From NCBI GenBank assembly GCA_963780755.1, contig CAWACX010000002.1:273426-337425 (forward strand): a DNA stretch of 64,000 nt. Direction: 5' to 3'. A program made the position numbers and the translations under genes. The notes below the pieces were generated by a model. It was not told the DNA's origin and did no database searches. It saw only the letters and a list, made by a program, of their open reading frames with translations. This stretch comes from an uncultured Acidobacteriota bacterium (GTDB lineage Bacteria > Actinomycetota > Acidimicrobiia > Spongiisociales > ZC4RG35). Below are positions 20,221 to 29,032 of this stretch, one piece after another. How positions within the stretch are numbered: the first letter of the stretch is position 1; each line of letters starts with the position of its first letter.

Positions 20221-20955
20221 ATGAAGCCCGACTTCGAACCCGGCGACGCCCCGAGTGGGTACGAGCCCCACATCGGGGAGACGAGGCAGTACTGGCGCGA
20301 CATCATCCTCGGTGTCAACGACGGCCTGGTCTCCGTGTTCCTGCTGGTGGTCGGGGTGGTCGGTGGAGGGCTCGACACCGATGAAGTGCTGCTCACCGCC
20401 CTCGCCGCTGCCCTTGCCGGAGCGGTGTCGATGGCGGCCGGCGAGTACCTGGCTACGAAGTCCCAGGACGAGGTGCTCGAAGCCGAGCTCGCGTTGGAGC
20501 GGGTGCACATCAAGGACTACCGCTCGACAGAAGTCGGGCAACTGCGGGAGATGTTCTCGGAGATGGGCATCGCCGACGAGGACCTGGACGACGTGGTCGG
20601 AGCCTTCGCCAAATCGGACGAAGCGATGTTGAACGCGATGAAGGCCCTGGAGTTCGGGCACGTCGAGTCGGAGCGACGGTCCCCGATCCGGGCCATGCTC
20701 GCCTCGGGAGTCCTGTTCCTGGTCGGTTCCCTCCCTTCCATCATCCCGTTCATGGTGTTCGAATCGACCACCGTCGCCCTGGCCTGGGCGACGGTGCTGT
20801 CCCTCACCGGGCTCTTCATCGTGGGAGTGGTCAAGGCCCGGGTCACCAAGAACAGCTGGATCCGCTCCGGGTTGGAGAACGTCGCCATCGCCGGGGTCGG
20901 CGGCCTTGCTGCCTGGCTGATCGGGGACGCAATCGGGGCCGCCATGACCGGCTAG
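20221..20955 (+). CDS. VIT1/CCC1-family iron/manganese transporter
   Basis: WRDIILGVNDGLVSVFLLVVGV and MAAGEYLATKSQ. ATG at 20221 inside ORF 19816..20955. Confidence 0.8.
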   Translation: MKPDFEPGDAPSGYEPHIGETRQYWRDIILGVNDGLVSVFLLVVGVVGGGLDTDEVLLTALAAALAGAVSMAAGEYLATKSQDEVLEAELALERVHIKDYRSTEVGQLREMFSEMGIADEDLDDVVGAFAKSDEAMLNAMKALEFGHVESERRSPIRAMLASGVLFLVGSLPSIIPFMVFESTTVALAWATVLSLTGLFIVGVVKARVTKNSWIRSGLENVAIAGVGGLAAWLIGDAIGAAMTG

Positions 20956-21020
20956 CCCCTCTGAAATTGAGACCGTAAGGACTGCATATGAGCCTTTTTC
21001 GTCTCAATTTCGAGAAGGGG
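20956..21020 (+). repeat. diverged copy (D) of the stop-codon-proximal palindromic element
   Basis: Starts at the base after the VIT1 TAG. Perfect 11-bp arms GAAATTGAGAC / GTCTCAATTTC, flanked by CCCC / GGGG. Aligns with copy A read on the minus strand. Confidence 0.55.
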
Positions 21021-21044
21021 GACGACGCTCAGCACGCGTCGCGC

Positions 21045-21073
21045 TTGCAATAGTTAGCAGCTTGCTGTATGCT
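21045..21073 (+). promoter_or_regulatory. sigma-70-type promoter (TTGCAA-N17-TATGCT), probably giving a leaderless XRE-regulator mRNA
   Basis: The -10 ends 8 nt before the GTG start at 21082. No room for a Shine-Dalgarno sequence. Confidence 0.5.
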
Positions 21074-21081
21074 TCCGACAA

Positions 21082-21453
21082 GTGAACGAGAGCAAGCACA
21101 CCGACCTCGGTGAGTTCATCCGACAGCAGAGAGAACGGGCCAACCTTTCTCTCCGCCGCCTCGCTGACTCGGCAGGGATCTCCAATCCCTACCTGAGCCA
21201 GATCGAGCGAGGGATCCGCAAGCCGTCGGCTGAGATCCTGAGCCGGATCTCCCGTGCGCTCGAGATATCGGCGAACTCCTTGTACTCCAAGGCAGGCCTG
21301 ATGGACGAAGACGTCCAGACGTCGAGTGTCTTCGAGGCAATCGAGGATGACGAAAAGCTGAGCTCGGCTCACAAGAAAGTGCTGATGGACATGTACCGGG
21401 CGTTGGCCGAGGCCAACGGATCGGTCACCAAACAGGAAACCAAGAAGGAGTAA
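21082..21453 (+). CDS. XRE-family helix-turn-helix transcriptional regulator
   Basis: LSLRRLADSAGISNPYLSQIERGIRKPSAEIL. Confidence 0.85.
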   Translation: MNESKHTDLGEFIRQQRERANLSLRRLADSAGISNPYLSQIERGIRKPSAEILSRISRALEISANSLYSKAGLMDEDVQTSSVFEAIEDDEKLSSAHKKVLMDMYRALAEANGSVTKQETKKE

Positions 21454-21457
21454 GACA

Positions 21458-21952
21458 ATGCAGGCAAAGAGCGTTCTCTACGCATCCGTTGGAGCCCCGG
21501 TCGTCGCCGCCCGCAAGGTGGGCGAGCGAGTGATCGTTCTCCGCACCAAGCTCACCGATGGCGCCACCGAGTACAGCAAGGTCGCCGAGAAGGCGATCGA
21601 TGGCTGGGCGGTCGAGGGCCAGAAGGTCGTCACCCGGATCAGCGACGGCAAGGTCGTCGACGAGATCACCGCGAAGGTCGATCTCGACGGTGCCAAGGAG
21701 CAGGTCAGCAAGCTTCGTGACCAGCTCGAGGACATGCTGGCCACATGGCGTCAGTCGTTCCGTCCCGAGAAGGCTGCCGACAAGGCCGCCGAGGTGAAGG
21801 ACGCCGCGAGCGCCTCCGCCAAGAAGCCGGCTTCGAAGCCGGCCGCCAAGAGCACACCCAAGGCTTCTGCTGCCAAGACCACCAGGTCCTCGGCTGCGAA
21901 GACGAGCTCGGCGAAGTCCGAGTCGACCACATCGGCCGACAAGGCTTCCTGA
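21458..21952 (+). CDS. HbhA-like (heparin-binding hemagglutinin / phasin-like) protein with Lys/Ala/Ser-rich tail
   Basis: N-terminal LYASVGAPVVAARKVGERV, a coiled-coil centre and the tail ASAKKPASKPAAKSTPKASAAKTT. Sits next to an XRE gene, as I recall for mycobacterial Rv0474-hbhA. Confidence 0.5.
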   Translation: MQAKSVLYASVGAPVVAARKVGERVIVLRTKLTDGATEYSKVAEKAIDGWAVEGQKVVTRISDGKVVDEITAKVDLDGAKEQVSKLRDQLEDMLATWRQSFRPEKAADKAAEVKDAASASAKKPASKPAAKSTPKASAAKTTRSSAAKTSSAKSESTTSADKAS

Positions 21953-21977
21953 GCTCACTCCTCCTCACACCGACTGC

Positions 21978-21997
21978 AGGGGCCCTTCGGGGCCCCT
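21978..21997. terminator. GC-rich hairpin between convergent genes (AGGGGCCC-TTCG-GGGCCCCT)
   Basis: Perfect 8-bp stem with a TTCG tetraloop. No U-tract, which is typical for high-GC actinobacteria. Confidence 0.55.
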
Positions 21998-22015
21998 CAG
22001 TCATTTCCGGCCCGA

Positions 22016-22441
22016 TCACAGGGTCGGCTTGATCTCCTTCGAGGCCTCGATCCATCCGTCGACCATCGCCTCGGTCGGAAGGCGCCTCACCACCCGCGCC
22101 TGGCCATTGAGGCCGATGATCTTGGCGAGGAGTGCGGTGGGATTGCGGCGGCGCAGGTCGCGCAACGTGTCCACCCCGGCCGCCACCAACAGCTCGGCGT
22201 ACTCGGCCCCGACGCCTCTCACCCGGAGCAGGTCGGAATGATTGACCCACTGCTGGAGGTCCTTCGGGTCGATCCCGAGAGATGCCGCCAGATCTCCCCG
22301 GTCCTTCCGGTTCGCCGCGGACTCGAGCAGGCCCTTGCTCGTCCTGATGCCCGCCTTGCGCAGCTTGGTTGCTTCCTTGAGACCGATACCCGCCACCTGA
22401 TCGATCCGAGCCATCAATCCCTTCTCCGCTCCGCTGGACAC
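22016..22441 (-). CDS. DUF4332-like helix-hairpin-helix protein
   Basis: IDQVAGIGLKEATKLRKAGI and LLRVRGVGAEYAELLVAAGV repeats. Confidence 0.55.
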   Translation of the reverse strand: MSSGAEKGLMARIDQVAGIGLKEATKLRKAGIRTSKGLLESAANRKDRGDLAASLGIDPKDLQQWVNHSDLLRVRGVGAEYAELLVAAGVDTLRDLRRRNPTALLAKIIGLNGQARVVRRLPTEAMVDGWIEASKEIKPTL

Positions 22442-22478
22442 CGAGATCGGCGCCGACTCTATACCGCGGGCGAAAGCC

Positions 22479-23075
22479 TCATGCCGGGTGTTTGGGCCTC
22501 ATCTCGACCACGTCGACTTCGGTGTCGACGTCCCGGGGCGCCAGGTCGGAAAACCAGACCTCGTTGACCCACTCCGGATGGGCCTGCCACAAGCGACTTG
22601 CCCCCTCATCGCCTTCGAGAGACATCAGGCGCGGCCACAACGCACGATCGACGAGGACGGGGTTGCCCGACGAGTAGCGGTACTTGGGGACAGTTACTTG
22701 GCGACCCGACCGGGCGTGTGACGCCATCATCTCCTCCACCACCTCCGCCGATACCCCGGGTTGATCACCGATCACGATCAGGGCGCGATCGCATCTCGAG
22801 AGCCGGTTCAGGGCATCGAGACCGACTCGGATCGACGACGCAATCCCTTCCTCCCACTCCGGATTCTCGACGACGCCGGCATCGCCGAGATCGGTCTTCT
22901 CGAGGATCAGCTCCGACTGGTGGCCGACCACAACCCAGATCTCATCGACAGCGAACTCAGAGGTGCGAGCCACGACATGGCCCAGCAGGTTGGTGTCACC
23001 CCACGGCTCGAGCTGTTTGGGCCGACCCAGGCGCCTCGAACCACCGGCGGCGAGGATCACGGCGGCGGTCGACAT
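22479..23075 (-). CDS. MobA/MocA-like molybdenum cofactor nucleotidyltransferase
   Basis: MSTAAVILAAGGSRRLGRPKQL. ATG at 23075 within ORF 22479..23351. Confidence 0.75.
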   Translation of the reverse strand: MSTAAVILAAGGSRRLGRPKQLEPWGDTNLLGHVVARTSEFAVDEIWVVVGHQSELILEKTDLGDAGVVENPEWEEGIASSIRVGLDALNRLSRCDRALIVIGDQPGVSAEVVEEMMASHARSGRQVTVPKYRYSSGNPVLVDRALWPRLMSLEGDEGASRLWQAHPEWVNEVWFSDLAPRDVDTEVDVVEMRPKHPA

Positions 23076-23092
23076 CCCGTGGAACCTAGTGG

Positions 23093-23851
23093 TCAGAGCC
23101 TGGTCGGCTTGCCCGCGAGCGCCAGAGGCTGGTCGCTGAGATAGCGCACCGAGATCATCTCGGCCAGGATCGCCACCGCCGTCTCGCCTGCGGTGCGGGA
23201 GCCGATGTCGATCCCGATGGGCCCGTGGATCCGGTCGACCTGATCGGGAGTGAACCCGGCGGCCAGCAGGCGCTCCCGCCTCTTGGCTGTCGTCTTCGAC
23301 GATCCCATCGCCCCGATGTAGCGCGCCGGCGAGGGAAGGACGATGGGCCATAGCGGGTCTTCGAAGCGTCGGTCATGGGTGAGCACGACCACGAAAGTCC
23401 TCTCGTCGAAGGAGCCGGCGTCAGTGACTTCACCTGGCCAGCCGACCCTTGTCTCTTCGGCCTCGGGGAATCTGTCGGCGGTGACGAACGCAGGCCGGGG
23501 ATCGGCTACCACCGTGCTGAACCCGAGCAGGGAGGCGTGGCGGACCAACTCCTGTGCGATGTGGACCGCCCCGAAAACGAAGAGCCGGGGGCGCGGCGAA
23601 AGCACCTCGAAGAACACTTCGGCATCCCCATAGTCGAGGGTCACGCTTTGCTCACGGTCCATGAGGGCGATGGCGTCGGAGCGGAGGCTCTCGGCTCGGG
23701 CCGGGGGCAACTCCCCGACGATGGTCGATCCCATGCCATCGAGAAGGACCTTCGATCCCGACCCGTCACCCGCGAGGAACGTGAGCACCACGCCGCGCCG
23801 GTCGCTGCCCACCATTTCCTCGACCCCTTCGAGGAGGGGATCGGTCACCAC
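23093..23851 (-). CDS. XdhC/CoxI-family molybdoenzyme maturation protein (Rossmann C-domain)
   Basis: [39 protein letters not shown]. Confidence 0.75.
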   Translation of the reverse strand: MVTDPLLEGVEEMVGSDRRGVVLTFLAGDGSGSKVLLDGMGSTIVGELPPARAESLRSDAIALMDREQSVTLDYGDAEVFFEVLSPRPRLFVFGAVHIAQELVRHASLLGFSTVVADPRPAFVTADRFPEAEETRVGWPGEVTDAGSFDERTFVVVLTHDRRFEDPLWPIVLPSPARYIGAMGSSKTTAKRRERLLAAGFTPDQVDRIHGPIGIDIGSRTAGETAVAILAEMISVRYLSDQPLALAGKPTRL

Positions 23852-24153
23852 GGCTCGATGTAGACCTGAATCGTCCCTCCGCAGGCGAGGCCGACTGCGA
23901 ATGCGTCATCATCGGCGATCCCGTAGGTCACCAACTCGGGCTGTCCCGTCTCCAAGACCGAAAGCGCCCTGACCACCACGTCGTTCTCGACGCAGCCGCC
24001 CGACACCGAGCCTTCCATGTCACCGGCCGAGGAGACCAGCATCAAGGACCCCGGGCCCCGCGGGGCCGACCCATAGGCCTTGACGACGGTTGCCTTGGCC
24101 ACCTGTTTTCCCTGCTCGGACCAGGTGCGACGGGTTTCCAGAGTCTCGCGCAT
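23845..24153 (-). CDS. XdhC N-terminal-domain protein
   Basis: [43 protein letters not shown] overlap with the downstream XdhC gene. Confidence 0.7.
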   Translation of the reverse strand: MRETLETRRTWSEQGKQVAKATVVKAYGSAPRGPGSLMLVSSAGDMEGSVSGGCVENDVVVRALSVLETGQPELVTYGIADDDAFAVGLACGGTIQVYIEPW

Positions 24154-24185
24154 GAGCAGAGATTACCCGGGGGCAGGTCGACGGA

Positions 24186-25340
24186 TCAGTGCAGGACCGG
24201 GAACCGGAGCAGCGCTCCTACGCCTTCCACGTCGAGGGGCGAGGCCACCTCGAGTTGATGGGTCCTGCCTCCGGCGGCCACGGTGGCGTCCATGGCCGCG
24301 GCCACCACGTCATCGACCTGGAACAGCGAGGAGCCACACACCGGGCACACTTCCCCGGTCCGGTCGAGATAGCCGCAGTTGTTGCAGATGACGCCAGACT
24401 TGCTGAACGAGCCGGCGACCACCATCGTCTCCACCGCCTGGGCGTTGCACGCCTGTAACGCCCCAGCGACGCCGAGCACGGCGAGGCCACCACTCCAGGC
24501 GACGTCACAGACTCGACCGGCGAGTGCGGCCTGTCTTTGGCGGCGGATCTCCAGGCTGAGAGTGGCGAGCTCGGAGCGCAACGAACCGGCGGTCATCGTG
24601 TGCGGGTTGGCCGCGAAGGTCGCTCGGTGCAGGCGACTCAGATAAGGATGGAGGTGTCGGGCGATCTCGTCCGTCGCCTCCTCGTGCCCACCGATCGCCA
24701 GGAAGTCGAAACCAAGCTCGAGGTGGGAGGCCAGCAGCCGGGCCCCACCGTCCCTCCACATCCGTGCCGTCTCCTCCTCAGCGTGGGCACGGACGCTGTG
24801 CTCTTCGTAGCCGGAGAACCCGCCGTAGTTGGGCTTTCCCAAATCGGCATTCAGCGCCGGAGAGAGCTCCTCCACCATCCCATCGTTGGCCACGAACAAC
24901 CGGGTCAGGGCGCGATCAGCGACGATGACCCCGGCCCGCATCGAGCGTGGAGCGGCGCGCAAAGGCCTGAGATAGGGCCGGGGCCCGAGCGAGGAGACAC
25001 TCTGCACCGGATGGGCCAAAGACTCGAGCACGAAGACATCGTCGATATCTGAAGCGAAGATCGCGTACCCCGGGGCGACCTCGGACTCCAGCCGGTCCGC
25101 CAGGTCCCTGATCCGCTCCGAGTCGTTCCTGACGCTCTTTCGCACGAGTCGCGCCATCCCCTCGGCGTGGTCCCGCACCGGTTTGAGCAAGTCGGAGAGC
25201 AGTGCCGACATGCCACCGGGATTGGGGCGATCGACGTAGACCGTGATGAGTGCGCCGGCCCCACTCCTCAGACCGGCGATCGGATCGGCCAGCAAAACAC
25301 CTCCCGCCGCCCTCCCGTTTCCGAAGAGGGCGCTCGGCAA
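24186..25340 (-). CDS. eRF1/Pelota-like (bacterial eRF1-fold, Rv2629-like) protein with a CxxC..CxxC zinc ribbon in the C-terminal domain
   Basis: The C-terminal LAVLGVAGALQACNAQAVETMVVA resembles eRF1 domain 3. Insert CNNCGYLDRTGEVCPVCG. Central loop KPNYGGFSGYEEH. Confidence 0.5.
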   Translation of the reverse strand: MPSALFGNGRAAGGVLLADPIAGLRSGAGALITVYVDRPNPGGMSALLSDLLKPVRDHAEGMARLVRKSVRNDSERIRDLADRLESEVAPGYAIFASDIDDVFVLESLAHPVQSVSSLGPRPYLRPLRAAPRSMRAGVIVADRALTRLFVANDGMVEELSPALNADLGKPNYGGFSGYEEHSVRAHAEEETARMWRDGGARLLASHLELGFDFLAIGGHEEATDEIARHLHPYLSRLHRATFAANPHTMTAGSLRSELATLSLEIRRQRQAALAGRVCDVAWSGGLAVLGVAGALQACNAQAVETMVVAGSFSKSGVICNNCGYLDRTGEVCPVCGSSLFQVDDVVAAAMDATVAAGGRTHQLEVASPLDVEGVGALLRFPVLH

Positions 25341-25378
25341 CGACTGCCTTTCCGAACCTACTCCGCTGCGACCGACGG

Positions 25379-25840
25379 TCAGAGCGCCGTGGTGAGTGCC
25401 GAGGTCAGGTCTTCGAGAACCCAGCCCATGTAGTCGAGGACCCGCCGCTGCTCTTCCGGAAGCCGATCGTGATCGTCCTCGACTTCGAGCCCGAACCGGG
25501 CGCCGAGAGCGAGCCGCCCCTCATTGAGGACACGGAGGAAGGCGTCGGCCTCATCGGTGCTGAGCTCGGTCTTGCCCTTGCCCTCGACGACTCTGAGAAA
25601 TACGGCGCGGTCCGACATCCGGGCGGTCGACAACTCATCCCCCATCAGCCGCCACCACTCCGCATTTGCCTGGGGGTCGTCGAGATACACCGGGACGTGG
25701 AGGCGCTGGGTGGCCGGATCGTCTCCGGTTGCAGGGATGGTCGCCAGCAAGTCGAGGACGTCGGCGAGAAATTCCCGCTCATCGGAGGTCATCTGAACGA
25801 TGACCTTTCCGCCTTTGTAGCGAAACCGCTCCCGACTCAT
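25379..25840 (-). CDS. DUF2017-like protein (conserved ClpS partner in actinobacteria)
   Basis: [15 protein letters not shown].. ATGA overlap with the clpS stop. Confidence 0.55.
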   Translation of the reverse strand: MSRERFRYKGGKVIVQMTSDEREFLADVLDLLATIPATGDDPATQRLHVPVYLDDPQANAEWWRLMGDELSTARMSDRAVFLRVVEGKGKTELSTDEADAFLRVLNEGRLALGARFGLEVEDDHDRLPEEQRRVLDYMGWVLEDLTSALTTAL

Positions 25841-26121
25841 TGCTCGATGGTGGCCCATAAGCCGTGGCCGTGGAGCCGATAGCAATCCACCTCGGCCCTT
25901 TCCCGAGGGCCGTCGGAAACGATGGCGCGACCTTCGAAGTGGACCTGGAGCATCAGGTGGGTCGCTTTCTCCTCGTTGTACCCGAAGAGCTTGCGGAACA
26001 CGTAGACCACGTAGGACATGGTGTTCACCGGGTCGTTCCAGACGATCACCTGCCAGGGACGGTCGACATCGACGTTCTCGTCGGTGTCCGGGATGACCAC
26101 CGGGGCGGGTCGGGTCGTCAT
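25837..26121 (-). CDS. clpS: ATP-dependent Clp protease adaptor ClpS
   Basis: [43 protein letters not shown]. Start taken at MTTRPAP. Confidence 0.85.
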   Translation of the reverse strand: MTTRPAPVVIPDTDENVDVDRPWQVIVWNDPVNTMSYVVYVFRKLFGYNEEKATHLMLQVHFEGRAIVSDGPRERAEVDCYRLHGHGLWATIEQ

Positions 26122-26140
26122 CCGGCCAATCGTACGCCGG

Positions 26141-26680
26141 TCAGGACTCTGCCCCGAGACCGGGCAGGCTTCCCAGGACGCTGTCACGGCAGGCGTCGGC
26201 TGCGGTCTCCAACTGCGGGTCCGAGTAGGGGATCTCGGCCACCGAGAACGGGGCGCCGACCCCTGAGAACCCGGAAACCGGGTCGGGGAAGTCCTCGACT
26301 CCCCAGGCTCTCATGCAAACGCTGAAGCCTTCGAGGGCGGCGAAGATCTCGGTGCGAAGACGGTCCTCGGTGCCCAGGTCGAGGGCACCGGTGTTCAGGC
26401 TCTCCGAGCAGTGGGAAAGAGCATCGGCGACCGCAGGATCCCCGAGGTCGAGGGCAACGATCACCAGATCGAGACGGGGGCGCCCTGTGGCGTCGAAGGG
26501 GACCTCCTCGATCTCCACTCCGCGCTCGGAGAGACAGGACCGGAATTCCTCGATCGCCACCGAAGTGACGGTGGTCGTGGTGGTGGTCGCGGGGACCGTT
26601 GTCGTCGAGGCCTGAAGGTCGGTCCCCGACGACCCACCCAGCCCCGGGGTGCAGGCTCCCAGGGCGACAGCGAGCAACAC
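26141..26680 (-). CDS. lipoprotein of unknown function with Thr-rich linker
   Basis: [12 protein letters not shown] lipobox. In-frame upstream codons read IRRSGAA, so a non-canonical start upstream of the GTG at 26680 is possible. Confidence 0.55.
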   Translation of the reverse strand: MLLAVALGACTPGLGGSSGTDLQASTTTVPATTTTTTVTSVAIEEFRSCLSERGVEIEEVPFDATGRPRLDLVIVALDLGDPAVADALSHCSESLNTGALDLGTEDRLRTEIFAALEGFSVCMRAWGVEDFPDPVSGFSGVGAPFSVAEIPYSDPQLETAADACRDSVLGSLPGLGAES

Positions 26681-26700
26681 GGCGGCGCCCGACCGTCGAA

Positions 26701-28935
26701 TCAGCTCTCTCCCGCCTCGGCGAAAGCGACGCCGTCGGCAAGGATCATCGCCAGGTCCCTGACCGGGACATCGGGGCGGCCCAACTCCTTGACGCCGTCG
26801 TCGAGCATCACGTAACAGAAGGGACAGGCCACCGCGATCTCGTCGGCTTCGGTCGCCAGAGCCTCTTCAGCGCGCTCGATGTTCACCTTCTTGCCGGTCT
26901 GCTCTTCCATCCAGAACCGGGCTCCGCCCGCTCCACAACAGAGGGCTCGGTTCCCGTGACGGGGCATCTCCACCACTTCGATGGCACCGGAGGCCCCGAT
27001 CACGTTCCGGGGGGCCAGATATACGTCGTTGTGCCGCCCCAGGTAACAGGGGTCGTGATAGGCGATCTTCTTCGGTCGGCCGTTCTCCTTCATCGGCACC
27101 GGGAGCCGGCCCTGGGTCAGCAGCTCGGCGAGGAGCTGAGCGTGATGGACCACCTGGTAGTTGCCACCAAATTGGGGGTACTCGTTGCCGATGGTGTTGA
27201 AACAGTGGGCGCACTGGGTGATCACCTTGGTCACGCCGAGCTCCTCGAAGGTGCCGATGTTCTGCAGCGCGAGTTGCTGGAAGACGAACTCGTTCCCAGC
27301 GCGGCGGGCCGGGTCGCCGTTGCACACCTCGGCACTGCCCAGGATGGCGAAGTCGATGCCGGCGTGGTGAAGGAGCCGGGCCAGCGCCACCGAGACCGCT
27401 GTGTTGCGGTCGTCGAATGACCCGGCACATCCGACGAACCACAGATACTCGGCCGTCGTCTTCCCGTTCTCCCCGAACACCGGCACTTCGAAGTCGAGCT
27501 CCGCGGTCCAGGCGGCACGGTTCTGCTGGCTCATCCCCCACGGGTTCGACTGGTTCTCCATGGCGACGAAGGCCTTGCCCAACTCGGTCGGGAACTCTGA
27601 CTCCATAAGGGTGAGATGGCGGCGCATGTCGAGGATCCGGTCCAGGATCTCGATGTTGACCGGGCAGATCTCATCACAAGCGCGACAGGTGGTGCAGGCG
27701 AAGACTTCCTCCGGCCTCACCCTCTCGAACAGTGAGGCGCTCCCGTCCAGGGTGCCAAGTGAGGAGACCGGGGGTGAGACCGCGGCCGCAGCGGCCGCGA
27801 CCTCGCCGGTCTTGAGGATGATCTCTCTAGGGTCGAGGGGCTTTCCGGTGATATTGGCCGGGCACACCGAGGTGCAGCGACCGCAGATGGTGCAGGCATC
27901 GGTGTCGAAGATCTGCTTCCAGGTGAGGTCGGCTGCCACCGAAGCCCCGATCGACTCGATGTCATCCGCCTCGAGGAGGTTCGGCATCTCACGCATCGCC
28001 CCCTTGGGCCGCTCCCGTGCCGAGAGGAAGAGGTTGGTGGGGCTCGTCACCATGTGACGCAACTTGGTCACCGGCAACACCACGAGGAAAGCGACGAAGG
28101 ACAGCACGTGGACCAGCCAGAACGCACGGTGCAGGTCTCCGGCGGATTCAGCGGGGATCAGGGCGGAGAGGGGGCGCCCTACGAATGACCAGACTTCGAA
28201 ATCGGGTCGACCCTCGAGGGAGATGCGGGCGGCCTCGGTGAGGAGGCCGCCGACACCGAGCAGGATCATCAGGCCCAGGATGAGCGCATCCTCGGGCTTG
28301 GTCTTGGTCCGAATCCGGCGCGGCGGGGCGATGTAACGGTTGACGATCGCCAGCGCCAGGCCGCCGAGGTACACGAGAGAGGCGAGGTCGAGGATCGCCG
28401 AATAGCCCTGATAGACAGCTCCGTGGAGGAACTTGAGGTCGGCGGGGAGCAGGTGGTCGATCTCCAGGGTGACCGTGCCCAAGAAGAGGACGATGAACCC
28501 GTAGTAGATCATCGAGTGCATGACCCCCGCCCTCGGGTCACGCATCAGGGTCTTCATGCGGAGACCGGCCCCGAGGTCGTGCATCCGGCGACCCCACTGG
28601 CCGGTGCGCCGGTCCGAGCCTCCGCTCTGCCACGACACCGAGCGCCGAGCCAGGAGGTGGAAGGTGATCCAGATGAACACCGCGACGGTGACGTAGAAGA
28701 CCACCACCACCGCATCGGGGATGTTGCCGAAGACCTCTCGGCCCACCTCGAAGTCAGGCTCTTCGGGGATGGTGCCCAGGAGACCGAGGGCCAGAGTCCC
28801 CAGCGCTCCCGCCACTCCCAATCCCTCGAGGATGTACGTGATGGGTGGGCGACGACCGGTCGCCTCCGCCTTGCGCTCCTCGGTCAGGGCCATGACCGGC
28901 GAGTGTAGAAGTGGCCCGCCGGTTGCCCGATCCAT
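26701..28935 (-). CDS. membrane-anchored iron-sulfur reductase (heterodisulfide-reductase/GlcF-like CCG domains fused to a polytopic N-terminal domain; Rv0338c-like)
   Basis: 2x[4Fe-4S] motifs CTICGRCTSVCP and CTTCRACDEICP. Two Cys-rich CCG-type regions (FVGCAG.., HDPCYLGR, CCGAGG). 5-6 TM helices at the N-terminus. Confidence 0.75.
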   Translation of the reverse strand: MDRATGGPLLHSPVMALTEERKAEATGRRPPITYILEGLGVAGALGTLALGLLGTIPEEPDFEVGREVFGNIPDAVVVVFYVTVAVFIWITFHLLARRSVSWQSGGSDRRTGQWGRRMHDLGAGLRMKTLMRDPRAGVMHSMIYYGFIVLFLGTVTLEIDHLLPADLKFLHGAVYQGYSAILDLASLVYLGGLALAIVNRYIAPPRRIRTKTKPEDALILGLMILLGVGGLLTEAARISLEGRPDFEVWSFVGRPLSALIPAESAGDLHRAFWLVHVLSFVAFLVVLPVTKLRHMVTSPTNLFLSARERPKGAMREMPNLLEADDIESIGASVAADLTWKQIFDTDACTICGRCTSVCPANITGKPLDPREIILKTGEVAAAAAAVSPPVSSLGTLDGSASLFERVRPEEVFACTTCRACDEICPVNIEILDRILDMRRHLTLMESEFPTELGKAFVAMENQSNPWGMSQQNRAAWTAELDFEVPVFGENGKTTAEYLWFVGCAGSFDDRNTAVSVALARLLHHAGIDFAILGSAEVCNGDPARRAGNEFVFQQLALQNIGTFEELGVTKVITQCAHCFNTIGNEYPQFGGNYQVVHHAQLLAELLTQGRLPVPMKENGRPKKIAYHDPCYLGRHNDVYLAPRNVIGASGAIEVVEMPRHGNRALCCGAGGARFWMEEQTGKKVNIERAEEALATEADEIAVACPFCYVMLDDGVKELGRPDVPVRDLAMILADGVAFAEAGES

Positions 28936-28939
28936 GCGC

Positions 28940-29014
28940 GATTCGATACTTCTCAGTATTCGCTTGACATTCGATGTTCGTCGAACGTACAGTTCATTCG
29001 AGACTTATCGAATC
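28940..29014 (+). promoter_or_regulatory. divergent control region: TTGACA-N18-TACAGT promoter with an 11-bp palindrome in the spacer, bracketed by a 9-bp inverted repeat
   Basis: TTGACA at 28964-69 and TACAGT at 28988-93. GTTCGTCGAAC at 28976-86. GATTCGATA at 28940-48 and TATCGAATC at 29006-14. Several further ATTCGA motifs. Confidence 0.45.
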
Positions 29015-29032
29015 AACAAGGACTGCACGGCA

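Noticed and set aside
23845-23851. XdhC N-domain and XdhC Rossmann genes as a single frameshifted gene
   Set aside because: The second ORF has its own GTG start in a GTGGTGA overlap and its own N-terminal segment. Separate small XdhC-N proteins next to a larger XdhC are a common arrangement, as far as I recall.
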